A stretch of 64,000 nucleotides of DNA from Felis catus (taxonomy: Eukaryota), in NCBI RefSeq assembly GCF_018350175.1, contig NC_058368.1, positions 75,394,001 through 75,458,000 on the forward strand. The letters are read 5' to 3'. How positions within the stretch are numbered: the first letter of the stretch is position 1; every line of letters begins with the position of its first letter. This document shows, piece after piece, positions 13,951 through 26,006 of this stretch. A program made the position numbers and the translations under genes. Under the pieces are notes generated by a model, which had not been told where the DNA came from, searched no databases, and saw only the letters and a program-made list of their open reading frames with translations.

Positions 13951-14229
13951 AGATGCTTTCCCTCACGTGAAGCAAACAATTGTACCATAACTAACAGGCA
14001 GCCTAACCACTGCAATGTCACAATACAAAGCCCAACACACTCCGGCTCAAATTTACTTTTGTAATTAAAATGAAATCAATAACACTGCACTCTAAACTAA
14101 TTCAATTGAAGGTGATATTAGCTTTTTGTTTTTGTTTTTCATGCATCTGGAAAAGACACCGTGTCTCCATTAGGATTTCTATATCTGAAGCTTCACTAAG
14201 TAGGGACCTTTAAAATTAAAGGCGGGGGG

Positions 14230-14263
14230 GGGGTGCCTGGGTGGCTCAGTCCGGTAGGCGTCC
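14230..14263 (+). mobile_element. CanSINE 5' head only (truncated)
   Basis: ggggtgcctgggtggctcagtccggtaggcgtcc after an AT-rich L1-endonuclease-like site. No body or tail follows. Confidence 0.85.
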
Positions 14264-14269
14264 CTACGT

Positions 14270-14689
14270 CCTACAGATTCCTTTACTGCGCGTGGCCACC
14301 TTTTGCGTCTGGCTCCTGTGTGTCTTTGCTGGAGTTCAGCTCTCAGACTCCTGGAACCTCTTTGCCCTTGTGCAGGGCAAGGCCAAGGCTGCTGAGGATT
14401 TTACATTGTCCCCTGGGACACCTCTTTGCCAGGGAGTGGCAGCAGTAGGAGTGAGGACTGCAACTCCCTCCAGCACCCAAGCAGAGCCAGCAGGGGTCTT
14501 CTAGCTAGGGGGACTGAGCCAGATTTACCCACTGTGGCACTTTCCTTGATGAACCTTCTTGGCCCCCTTCCTTTTCCACTCCCATTTCCCCTCTCCCTTA
14601 TTAGTTTTTCTTGGAACGCTTCTGATGAAATCTTATACACGAAAATCATTTCCCTCGGAGTGTGTTTCTGGGAAACACAACGTAAAACA
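14270..14689 (+). mobile_element. LTR16/LTR33-like ERVL LTR, 3' part
   Basis: Ends ctcggagtgtgtttctgggaaacacaacgtaaaaca, matching the ERVL LTR16-type terminus (ctcagggtctgcttctggggaacccaacctaagaca). Confidence 0.7.
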
Positions 14690-14912
14690 GTTACTGATCA
14701 GTTGGATCTTATGGCTACATGTGAATTACACCTTGAGTTGATACAAATCGAGTAATAAAATTAACATTAATCCTCTTTATATTCAATTCATTAGCTCTAA
14801 ATTATCGTTCTGATCTTTCAGTCTGATAACATTATAGAGTCATAGGTGAACAGCTTGAAAATACCTTAGTTTTGGTCTCTTTGCAGCCAGTCTTAAAGAA
14901 GTAAATAAACAT

Positions 14913-15101
14913 ATATTTTTTTAGTTCATTTATTTTTAGAGAGAGAGAAAGAGCATGGGCAGGGGAGGGAAGAGAGAGAGAGGGAGAGAGAAAATTCCAA
15001 GGAGGATTCGATGCAGGGCTTCAGCTCACGAACCATGAGATCACGACCTGAGCTGACGTTAAGAATCAGACGCTTAGCCAGCTGAGCCACCTAGGCTCCC
15101 C
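14913..15101 (-). mobile_element. CanSINE (older, internally deleted)
   Basis: SINE head and GA tract. Degenerate TSD ttaaagaagtaaataaaca / ttaagaggtaaataaaaca. Confidence 0.93.
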
Positions 15102-15359
15102 TTAAGAGGTAAATAAAACATCTGCATTTGTACTTTGGAGGGTTTGTTTTTTGTTTTTTGTTTTTTTTTTTTACTTACATACTTTAAAAATCTAATTGAT
15201 GTAAATGCTAGTCTCATTTCTCTATTCTAGAGGAACTTTTGAGCTTAAGCAATCTTGAGAAGAATTGATATGTAACTGTCAATATATAATTTGAAGAAAA
15301 ATTCAATCTATCCAAACATATCATCAAAAAATAGCTCATAAATGAGTAGTTCATGTAAT

Positions 15360-15950
15360 AAAAGTGAGTTAGGAAAGGGAAAATTGTATATTTATAGTGG
15401 AGAAAACCAGCAAATACTGCTTTAATCATGTGCTCAAGGTTAATTAGGCCGTAAGTCACGTTGATGTTACAAGCACTCTGATAAAATATAATGAAAAAGG
15501 CACTTGGCCCTTGTGATTTTCCTTTAAAAAAAAATAATATCTCCAACCTAATCAGAATAACTAAAATTACCAGTGTTCTTCCAGAAAAAAATAAAAATCA
15601 AAACAAATTGAAACACATTCTCTAGAGTACCTGGACAGTATCTTTCAGAACTTCGGGGTCATCAAAAACAAGACTAAGAAACTGTCTGTCACAGACCAGA
15701 GTAGCTCAAGGTGACATAACAATTGAATGTCATATGGAATCCTGCAACAGAAAATAGACATGTGTGGGGAAACTGGAGAGATCTGAAAATTAGCATTCAG
15801 TAATATTGGATCAATGTTAATTTCTTGTTTTGACTAACGTATCATGGTAACGTAGGATGATAACATTAAGGGGAGTTGGTAGCTTATATCTGAGAATTCC
15901 ATGAATTATGTTTGCAACTTTCTGTGAATCTAAAACTGTTCTAAAATGAG
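15360..15950 (+). mobile_element. L1MC3/L1MC4-like 3' UTR fragment
   Basis: atagtggagaaaaccagcaaatactgc...atcaatgttaatttcttgttttgac...tttgcaactttctgtgaatctaaaactgttctaaaat. Confidence 0.8.
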
Positions 15951-15960
15951 AACCTATTTT

Positions 15961-16211
15961 TATTATTTTAAGGTTATTTTATTTATGTTGAGAGAGAGAG
16001 AGAGACAGAGAGAGAGACAGAGAGAGAGAGACATGAATGTGTGCACATGAGTGGGGAGGGTCAGAGAGGGAGGGAGAGCGAGAATCCCAAGCAGGATCCA
16101 TGCTGTCAGCACAGAGCCCGTCACAGGGCTTGATGTCACAAACCGTGAGATCATGAACTGAGCAGAAATCAAGGGTCGGCTTATTAACTGACCGAACCAT
16201 TCAGGTGCCCC
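15961..16211 (-). mobile_element. CanSINE (older subfamily)
   Basis: Full SINE. TSD gaacctatttt / gaagctatttt. Confidence 0.95.
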
Positions 16212-16320
16212 AGAAGCTATTTTTAAAATATGAGCCATTAATGCCACGGCCACACTATAAAATGTCACTGCCATCTTCTGCAATTGATCCTAACAAGAAT
16301 AAATATACAGGTTTATTTTA

Positions 16321-16516
16321 TTTTATTTATTGGGGGGGGGGGGGAGCACATGTGCACAAATCGGGGAGGAGCAGAGAGACAAAGGGAGAGAGAGCATCGC
16401 AAGAAGGCTCCGACTGATCAGCACAGAGCCCACTGTGGGCCTTGACCTCAGGAACTGTGGGATCATGGCCTGAGCTGAACCCAAGAGCTCAAGCCAAATG
16501 AACCAAGCAGGTGCCC
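16321..16516 (-). mobile_element. CanSINE (diverged)
   Basis: SINE body. TSD aggtttatttta at 16309 and 16519. Confidence 0.93.
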
Positions 16517-16748
16517 AAAGGTTTATTTTAACGGAACTGCATGCTGGGAAAGGAGAAAGTGTACTGTATGGTTATGGAAATTCTTAAACGAATTCAGCAG
16601 CAGCAGAGTCTTGCCAGTTTGCTGAGATAAATGACTGTAGGAGACACAGCACGGGATATTAGAAGGAAATTAAAATGGATGGCTACCGATTGTGAGGATT
16701 TGCCTGTATTTGTTGCTGGACAAAAATGTGTAACTTTATGCTATAAGC

Positions 16749-16901
16749 AAGGTTGGAAATAAAACCCAGAGGTAAACTAGAATTTACATTGAATTTCAGC
16801 AGCATGAAGATTTTAGTATGAGTGTGTTCCAAATATTGCATTTGTTCTTGATCTGAAATTTAAATTTAACGGGCGATCCTTTATTTTACCTGGCAAACCT
16901 A
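16749..16901. mobile_element. MER53-like palindromic MITE
   Basis: ttgaatttcag...ttagtatgagtgtgttccaaatattgcat...tctgaaatttaaatttaacgggcgatcctttattttacctggcaaaccta. Confidence 0.75.
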
Positions 16902-17101
16902 CACGGAGGGGACCCTGGGGACTGGTGGCAGGTTGCCTGTCTCTACAGTCGTCACTGAAAGGACTTTACCTTCTACTGGGAGACACAGCTATGCACTTAG
17001 TAACTTGAAAGCATGAGGCAATGTCAAAGATTCCAAGGTAGGAACTTAAAATACTCTGAAACCTTTCAGAGAGAACCTTTAATTGGAACCGAAGGAATTA
17101 A

Positions 17102-17320
17102 GGGTGCCCGGATAGCTCAGTCCGTTAAGCGTCCAACTTTGGTTCCCGTCATGGTCTCACGGTTTGTGGGTTCGAGCCCCTCATCAGGGTCGGTGCTGAC
17201 AGCTCAGAGCCTAGAGCCTGCTCCTAAGGAGCCTGTGACTCCCTCTCTCTGCCCCTCCCCCGCTCAGGTTCTGTCTTTCTCTGCCTCAAAAATAAACATT
17301 AAAAAAGATTAAAAAAAAAA
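17102..17320 (+). mobile_element. CanSINE (SINEC_Fc family)
   Basis: A/B boxes (tagctcagtccg; ggttcgagccc), CT tract and A tail. TSD gaaccgaaggaatta / gaactgaaggaatta. Confidence 0.96.
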
Positions 17321-17449
17321 GAACTGAAGGAATTAAAAAGGCCTTAATGGAATAAATGGCATGGGTAGTTGGTTTCTAAAGGAAAGGAGAAGGAATGAAA
17401 ATTGAGAGATAGGTATTTCAGGTTGTATCAACAATGCGGACAAATTACA

Positions 17450-18050
17450 TAAATTCACACAAAATGCTTACTGATTACATAGCAAGTAAAATTCTCTATT
17501 CTTGGGACTGGGAAAATTGCTTCTAGGAAAACGGAGGAGAAAAGCAAGGAGATGAAGGAGAAAGCCGTATCCTCCTGAAGCTTAAATAGGGAGAAGGGAC
17601 CAAAATGACAAAAACAACAACAAGAAACCAATAATTGATACGGGTAAAAAATGTAAAGTTAAGTGTTTTACAAAGCATAAGAAAGTGAAGGAAGATTCAG
17701 AATGATGGGTGATATAAAATGATCATAGGTAAGGTAGCACTTGAGCATTTGAAGGAAAAGGAGAGACGTCATGGAACTCTCTGGAGAAGAATGTCCAACC
17801 AGAGAGCAAAGCTCAAGCAAGAGTTTGAGAGCAGGAGATACCTGGGATGAAGAGAGAACCGAGTAGGACGGGAACAAGGGTGGGGGGGGGGGGGAGGCAA
17901 GGAAGGAAAAGAGTGAATGCTTCAATCAGGTAAGTCTTCTCAGTCTGTGGCATGGACTTTGGCTTTGTCTCCAAGTAGGAAAGTTCTTGAAGTTTCCCTG
18001 AGCAGAGAAATGACACGATGTGATCCGGTTCATAAATAAATGCTCAGTCC
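17450..18050 (-). mobile_element. L2 LINE fragments
   Basis: ggactttggctttgtctcc...gagcagagaaatgacacgatgtgatc and cacttgagcatttgaagga motifs of antisense L2. Confidence 0.6.
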
Positions 18051-18075
18051 AGAGCAACAGCAGTGGAAGCTGAAT

Positions 18076-18229
18076 AGCCAGTGAGGAAACCATCCGGATG
18101 CTTCCGCAGGTAGCAGCCAATGAAGATGCTGTCCTGGTGTTTCCATGGCAGCAGCCAATGAGAAAGCTTCTGCGGTGTTTCCACTGTGATCGCCCAATGA
18201 CAATGCGGCCCTGTTGTTTCTCATGAGAG
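18076..18229. repeat. Decayed 38-39 bp tandem repeat, 4 copies, with CCAAT boxes
   Basis: Units start at 18076, 18115, 18153 and 18192, sharing (a/g)(g/c)cca(a/g)tga...tg(t/c)ttc. Confidence 0.75.
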
Positions 18230-19317
18230 AAGTGAGGGCTCAGATTACCGGATATGTCGCAGACATGGAACACCCCGGATTTGCTCATGGATCACAAGTG
18301 AAAGAAGGAGAAAACTCGGGGATGCATCCAAAGCAGAGAACCATAGAATGGCAAGAATCGTGGGACGTGTAAATGATACCATGAAGGGAGTGAGCGATGG
18401 ACCAGAGCAAGAATAATAAATTCTCTCTGCAAAGTGGGTGACTTTTACAATGTTGGTGTGAAAAGATTGGGGTTAGATTCTATAAGCCGTGGGGAACCAT
18501 GCTTTTATATGACAGAATATATAAAAATAGTAAGTTAAATAGCAAGATAGTGATATGATATAAATTGCCTCATCTTTTTGGACTCAAAGTGGGCAATTTT
18601 GATTTAATCACACTGCTTTCTTCATACGGATCTCTATAAATCCTGCTCTCATTTTATGCACCACCTCCAGCCCCCGCCTGTTTTCTCCCTGTCCCCCCCA
18701 AAACTCCCAGGAAAATTACCCTTTTCTAAAACTTGGAGAGGTCATGATCCCAACATCCTTTCTCTTTCTCTGTCCCTCCTTCCTTCCTTTCTGTAGAGTA
18801 TTCCGTGTGAGGGAGTATAAAGGGGCATGGGTGTTCTCATACGTCGATTTCGAGAACACTAAAATGTATGATTTTTGTGGGTGATAAACTGACATGATTC
18901 ATCAGGAATTAAAATACACATACGCTTTGAATCAGAAAGCTTAGTTTATAAATGTGTCTTATAGAAATAGGCACAATTTTATATGAGTATACAAAAGAAT
19001 TATTATGCAGTATTATTTTTAATAACCAATAAAGTGAAACATGGAGATGCTTGAAACTGGAGTGTTACTGATATTAGTAAAGAGTTAAACAAATGAGGTG
19101 AATAGTGAACTACTTAATGAGAAACCTGAGTAGTTAGCCCTACTATAGTGGTAAAAAAAAAAAAATGTTAGTTGCAAAGATAAGATCGTTTTTGTTAAAA
19201 TAAAAGACAATTTACAAATACATATTGTTTTTTCATATATTCATATATGTGACTTTTTTCTGTATAAAATTTTGTTTCTTTAATAGAACAGCATGCTCAA
19301 TTAGAAACAAAGATACA

Positions 19318-19489
19318 GGGGCGCCTGGGTGGTGCAGTCGGTTAAGCGTCTGACTTCAGCCAGGTCACGATCTCGCGGTCCGTGAGTTCGAGCCCCGCGT
19401 CAGGCTCTGGGCTGATGGCTCGGAGCCTGGAGCCTGTTTCCGATTCTGTGTCTCCCTCTCTCTCTGCCCCTCCCCCGTTCATGCTCTGT
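19318..19489 (+). mobile_element. Young SINEC_Fc, 3'-truncated (no poly-A tail)
   Basis: CpG-rich near-consensus body. Perfect 15-bp TSD agaaacaaagataca at 19303-19317 and 19491-19505. Confidence 0.97.
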
Positions 19490-21194
19490 AAGAAACAAAG
19501 ATACAATGCAATTAAGATAACAGTGGATAACAGCCAAAACACATATTTTAAGTAATCTGATAATGCAGAAAATAGAAGTTTAACAATCATCAGATTCATA
19601 AATTACTTATTACAAACCAACAAGTTAAAATATTTTTGCCATGTTCAAAGAACTGAATGCGATGTTCTAACGTAAGGATTTAATCCCTTTGTGTATCAGA
19701 AGAAAGAAAAATGGCTGATACGTTGAAAGAATCTTCCCTGTAATCTTTGCTTGTAGCAAACATTTTTAGACATTGTGTGCACTGCTGATATTAGCTCGAG
19801 ATAATAAATTATTATAGTGAAAGCAAATGCAGAAGATTTTGCCCAAGGCAAAATACAATGTGGTTTCAACAAGAGTTATAGTTCCACAAGGGCCATTGCG
19901 GTGAAACTTCATGGTGTTCCAAGAGCTGTTTTTAATGTAATAACAAATATTAAGCACTTACAAAATGCTTACCCTTAATTGGAATGAGTTTTGCCTGAAG
20001 ATAGAATATAATTTATGTAATGTTATTTTGCTTGTCACAATTAAATAAATACATAGCTTAAATATGTGATGATTAGAAATCGCTTTGAGTGCTTCATAAG
20101 GTACATAATTTTAGAGGGGTTTATTAAATATATATAACTGCCATGCTAGTTTTCTTTTATAGAATTTTTATTTCGGAGAAATTTTTAACGTTGAGACTGA
20201 TAGTATATAAATAAATATATAAGCAACCCTGTTAAAACAACAGTGCCGCTTAGAAAACCAGCCTGGGTTTCCATTTAAAAGGTCTACGTCATCAAAGACC
20301 TGGCTTGTCAGACCACATAAAGCCAAAAGCAAATGCTCTCTCTCTTTTTAACAACCTTTTACTTGATTTTCACTCCTTTTTTTTTTCTGTCCCACATTTA
20401 ATGTACTTTTGAGAGATAAGAAGATAAAAAGAGAGTTTTCTTGTTTTCAGAGCCCTGTACTGGTGGGGGTTATCTCCTTTTGGGGGGAAGTTACCATTTT
20501 TTGTTTACTCGTTTGGGAAAAATTATCTCAGGGAAGGAGTAAGCTTGTGACTCTCATATTCGAAGTCTGTGGTATTTAACACTGTTTATGTACTACCAAC
20601 CAAATTTGAACCTAGAATAAAGAGGAATTATACATATTTTTCCCAAACAAGGCTTAAATGCAAAATATCTAAATTATTTTAAAAAACGGTACCATTGCTA
20701 AGAAGTGTGATTCTATGGGCCTTTTGTTCTTCCAGAAGGGACTGCTAAGATAAAACTTAGGGTTTTCAGTAACAAATCAGCTATGGTGACCTTTGTTCTG
20801 ATATAAGATACCAGCTAAATGGTTCCATGGGATACATTCTCCTACTGATCTCTCTTAGCTATTGCTTCCAGACTAAAGAATTCAGCAAGAAATCTAATTA
20901 GTAAGCAAAGAGTAGCTTTGTGTGCTATACTTAGTTTGCACTAATCTTCATATATATCCAGTTCCTTCCAAATTAACTGCTCTGTATTAGTGGCATATCA
21001 CTGAACACTGTTATAAATCTAATAACGTCGATATGTTTAAGAAACCGTTGTTTATGTATGTAGTGTCTTCTGGATGCAGCCTCAATAATTATTTATATAT
21101 CAGATGAAAAGAAAGAGTAGGAGGACTTTAAAAAATATTAATAGAAATGTAGGAATAATCAAGTAAAAAGGAGGAAAATAAGAGTTCTGTATCT

Positions 21195-21340
21195 GGGCTA
21201 GATGGGGGATGGGCATTAAGGAGGGCACTTGTTATGATGAGCACTGGGTGTTCTATGTAAGTGATGAATCGCTAAATACTACTCGCGAAACAAATATGAT
21301 ACTATATATTAACTAACCAGAATTTAAATAAAAATCTGAA
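21195..21340 (+). mobile_element. Carnivore L1 extreme 3' end
   Basis: gggcattaaggagggcacttgttatgatgagcactgggtgttctatgtaagtgatgaatcgctaaat...gaatttaaataaaaa. Confidence 0.9.
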
Positions 21341-22031
21341 CAGAAAAGAATGACGTATCGACAGAGTTAAGCTATGTCTATAGACATAGTCTTTGCTAGT
21401 AATCAACGCAAGTTTAGATTTCGAATAGTGTGGTAGGCCCTTGAATACCTACCTGAGCCTATTTCCCAACAGTATTTTTTTAAAGGAAATGCATCAGGCT
21501 AAAATTTAATACAATTGGATTTTAAGGCTCATAAAGGTAATCAGTATTTGTTGAGATTCATTATTTTTATTTACAATGTGAAAATTATGAGGGGAAAGGC
21601 TTAATACATTTCAAATGCCAGTATGTCTTTTCATGAACTAAAAGTTTGGCTTCAGATCTTTTTAGTTTTTTTTTCCCTTATTTTAGAACAAGCTGAGTGG
21701 AAACATCTTTGTATTTGCTCATGAAACCCCACAGCATTAACTCTCTAGCCTTGAGATTCATTAGGACGATGTCATTACAACATTAACCCAATCAGGATTT
21801 TACAATGAGAAATTCTCCTCTCAATTTTCCACACTGTCTATGAAAATTTTTGATAAGTCCTATAATAATCTCTCATTAAGTAACTTGATCATTGATTTGC
21901 AATTTTCAGGTACAGGCCACAGTGCATAGTGCCTTAAGTTGTATCCTCAAAGAAGTCGCAATCATAAGAGGGACATAAATCATTGAGTCATGTTGTAAGC
22001 AACAGGCTGGGGTTAATATGTAATATTTCTT

Positions 22032-22217
22032 TACTGTCTTAATGTTTATTTTTGAGAGAGTTGGGGAGGGGCAGAAAGAGAGGAAGACACAGAACCCGAA
22101 GCAGGTTCCAGGCTCCCAGCTGTCAGAACAGAGTCCGACTTGGGGCTCGAACTCACTAACAGAGAGATCATGACCTGAGCTGAAGTCAGGCGCTTAACTG
22201 AGCCACTCAGACGCCCC
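22032..22217 (-). mobile_element. CanSINE (SINEC_Fc family)
   Basis: SINE body. TSD taatatttctt at 22021 and 22218. Confidence 0.96.
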
Positions 22218-23170
22218 TAATATTTCTTAATATTTCCTGAAATGGTAAAGTATTCAATGGCACTCTACTTTGCACGGTTCAAAATGCCTATGAGTCTATG
22301 ATTTTCTCAGAGTGATATGTACAGTAATCCTTTGTATATTCAATTTAAAAATGGGGACATGAAGACATATACATACAATATAAATATGTAAATACATTTA
22401 TAATCACACATATAAATATAAAAATCATATATATGCTTATATTGTTTATACATAGGCTACTCCCTTGTCCCACGTAGCACAGCTCTTAAATGATGGCAAT
22501 GGAATCAAAACTAAAGTCCTTCAAACACTAAAGTAACACTTTCATGTTTTAGGAAACACTTAACAATTGCATAATCTCCTGCATTTTGAATAGTTTATTC
22601 TAGTCAATTGTATTGACTTCACTAAACAAGGAAAAATATATTGGTTTTTGTTCCCCTTGAATCCTTCAAGTTTCTGTTTGTATTCTAGGTTATTTTTTTC
22701 ATAGTTCTCTCCAAAGTAACTTTAAAAGTATTTTTTCGAGCCCAAGTGGTTATTCTTTCGGAACCCATGCCCGCAATTCATGTTGGCGGATAAAGCAGAG
22801 GACAGACAGTCTTTTTCAGTAGGTAACTTTAAGACACTGTGGTGTTTATTTCTACGGATGTAAAAACTGAATGAATTGAATGAAGAGGGGTTTGGATTCT
22901 TCGTTAGTATATCCTTGTTAGCCTGTCCCTGGTGCAGGCAGTGTGTCAAGAACTTGATATTTTCAGAACTTTCCCAGCAATGATCTTTTGTCATTGGCTA
23001 TTATGATTTGAAGGCACCTCCCACAGAGAAGACGTGACCTTAAGTGTGGAGAGTCAGAGAGAATGTGGAGATTTTTACTAAATTTCAGACAAGTTGTATG
23101 TGTGGGTGTGTGTATGTTTAGTGGATGAATGCAAACAGATGTCTGGTGAATACCGTTAGCAAGGAAGGGG

Positions 23171-23226
23171 GATAGATAGATAGATAGATAGAGAGAGAGA
23201 TAGAGAGATAGATAGATAAAATAGAT
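23171..23226. repeat. (GATA)n/(GA)n microsatellite
   Basis: Direct read. Confidence 0.93.
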
Positions 23227-24514
23227 TATCTTTTTCCTTTCTTTTCTTTTTAAACAAAATCATCTCACATTTTTATTGAAAAGAAAAAAAAATACATGTT
23301 TCAAAAGAGACGGAAAATACGTCCGATGAAGCATAATGCATGACATTTCTTCATTTGCTGAGAGAGATAGGTATCTAAGGATATAAATTCTGGGGGAAGA
23401 TGTCTCTTTTCTGTTGTGCTAGTGCAATGGGGAAAGAACAGAATCCTGATAGTGACATCATTTTATTTCCACGTGACTCTTCCCTTTGGCAAGCCCCGCC
23501 TTTCAAAACCTAGGCACCAGGGTGACAGAGCAGGCTGCTGGCATGAAGGTGACCTAGGTTCTGGAGGAATTTCAAGGCTCCGTTTCATGGGCAACTGGAG
23601 ACTAGGAAGATTGCCGTGTTAACGTAATTGATATTCAAGGGAGTAGGTATATTCATGGCTTTTAGAAGGGTATTACTTGCTGTTAGGCTGGGGGAGAATT
23701 CAACCTGAGAGCACAATGTTGTCATCAGGAAGTGCAGTCAGCCTTGATCTAAATGAGATCCCAAACAACCGAGATTCCTAAAGCCAATGCATATGTTCCT
23801 GTCGTATATATTTTTTGAATAATATATTTTATGTTTCAACACTCTCTGCAGACATCACATGCAAGCTGCATACATTGATTCCAATTTTCCTGGTTGATTA
23901 TTTCTCCTCTTGGTGGTAAGTCAGACACTCAGGGGGATAGTTGTTTTTCACATGAGGCTATAGCATATTGAAATGACCAAGATCATCAAGCCACATCCAG
24001 AACAAATCAACAGTAAATAGAGGCTTTGGCAGTAAAGATGAAATGTGGGAAATATCAGACTGTACTCCTTTCTAATCTTATATTCTCAAACCATCCTTCT
24101 CTGTGCCTGGCATGGTGTCCCGCTCAGGATTAAGGTTAAATAAATATATTTTAAAGTGATCGAACAGGTATTCAATAAATTCATATAGGATGAAGGAATG
24201 AATGAATGCATGAAGAAATCTTTCCTTCTGTGTGGATCCAATCCCGGAAATGAATATTTTGCTGCATAAGAAATGAAAAGAGACAGACACGAGGAACATT
24301 CTGTGGGAAAGATTTTACCAGAGCTGGGATGGCTTCATAGGTAAGAGGTATGGAACAGGACAATTTCCCTTTGGGTCATTCAACTTGTATTCCGTGCCAT
24401 ACAGATCAGATTAACAAAATAAGAAATTATCAATGTATCTGTTGTTATGTTGATAAATAAGATCAAAATATGCCTTCAGAAATAGTCTAATAAATATTCT
24501 TACTGATGACTTTT

Positions 24515-24741
24515 TTTTTATTTAAAATTTTTTTTCAACGTTTATTTATTTTTCTTGGGACAGAGAGAGACAGAGCATGAACAGGGGAGGGGCAGAGAGA
24601 GAGGGAGACACAGAATCAGAAACAGGCTCCAGGCTCTGAGCCATCAGCCCAGAGCCCGACGCGGGGCTTGAACTCACGGACCGCGAGATCATGACCTGGC
24701 TGAAGTCGGAAGCTTAACTGACTGCGCCACCCAGGCGCCCC
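24515..24741 (-). mobile_element. Young SINEC_Fc
   Basis: Near-consensus body. Perfect TSD tcttactgatgactttt at 24498 and 24742. Confidence 0.98.
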
Positions 24742-25229
24742 TCTTACTGATGACTTTTAAGAAATAGTTGATAGTTGGTCAGAAAAATAAAGGTATTATT
24801 GTCTGACACCTGAGAAAAATAAATCTATAAACACAATACTTCAAAAGACCTTTAGAAATTAGAAATATTCTCTTGAAGAATTGAAGACAGTACTAGAAAA
24901 CATTAGAAAAAAAGGAAATGTGCTACATTGAGAATGGAAAAAGATGTCCCCACCGACAGGCAAACAGAGAAAATGGTCAGCAAGAAATATAAGGACCTTA
25001 TGTCATACAGTTTTCTGAGTCGCTAAACTACTCCATCTATGGAAACTAAACAAACGCAAATAATAGCGATAATAGAAAATGGCATATGGGATGAAAGTAA
25101 CCAATGATACTTATTATTCTCTGCTTGGGTAGGGAATTTTCTGTCCTTATTAGAGAGACATTGCAGAGGGTCACTGAGGGGAGGGGGAGGCTCTGAGGCC
25201 GTGTCCTTCCCTCAACCCCCAGCTCCAAC

Positions 25230-25320
25230 CCTTAATTATGTCATCTTGGCTCTGTTTACAATTTCTATGCCTCAGTTTTCCCTTATAGACAGTAGAACTA
25301 CATTATCACTTATGATACAT
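25230..25320 (+). mobile_element. MIR core fragment
   Basis: tatgtcatcttggc...tctatgcctcagttttcccttatag resembles the MIR core. Confidence 0.55.
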
Positions 25321-25793
25321 CATCAAAATGAAATATTTATGATTTATCCCCAATAATAAAAATGTGTAGCCTTGTGACCATGTTCAATGCATAATTTTTA
25401 CCATTTTGAGAACATGTGGGAAGACATTGATTATGGAAACAATGGCTTTTTGGAAACACAGTAACTAGGATTAGACTTAAGAAAAATTACACTGTGAGTT
25501 TATATTGAAGAATTGCAAATATTTAACTCTGAAACCAGCCATTAAAATAAGGTGATTCTTTTTCATGAGTATAATATATGATCAAGGTAGTAGTTTCTTT
25601 TCTCCATATCTACACTAGAACAAACAACAAATAATCTTAAATATTAATTGGGGCAAACTGGTGTTGGACACACAGAGTATCTTGATTACATGTTGGTAGA
25701 CATTATTTCAACTTTGCATTAAATGTTTAGAATATTTGTAATTATGGAAATTATATTCTACATTTCTAAGAACAAGATAACAATAGTCATATT

Positions 25794-26006
25794 TTTAAAT
25801 TTTTTAAAATGTTTTATTATTTTTAACACAGAGACAGAGCACGAGTGGGGATGGGGCAGAGAGAGAGGGAGACACAGAATCCAAAGCAGGCTCCAGGCTC
25901 TGAGCTGTCAGCACAGAGCCCGACGCGGGGCTCGAACTCATGAACTGTGAGATCATGACCTGGGCTGAAGTCGGACGCTCAACCGACTGAGCCACCCAGG
26001 CGCCCC
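25794..26006 (-). mobile_element. CanSINE (SINEC_Fc family)
   Basis: Full SINE. TSD aacaatagtcatatt / agcaacagtcatatt. Confidence 0.97.

Noticed and set aside
21372..21389. Perfect 18-bp palindrome ctatgtctatagacatag
   Set aside because: About 0.25 or more such palindromes are expected by chance in 64 kb (64000/4^9, more with AT bias), and no context supports a function.
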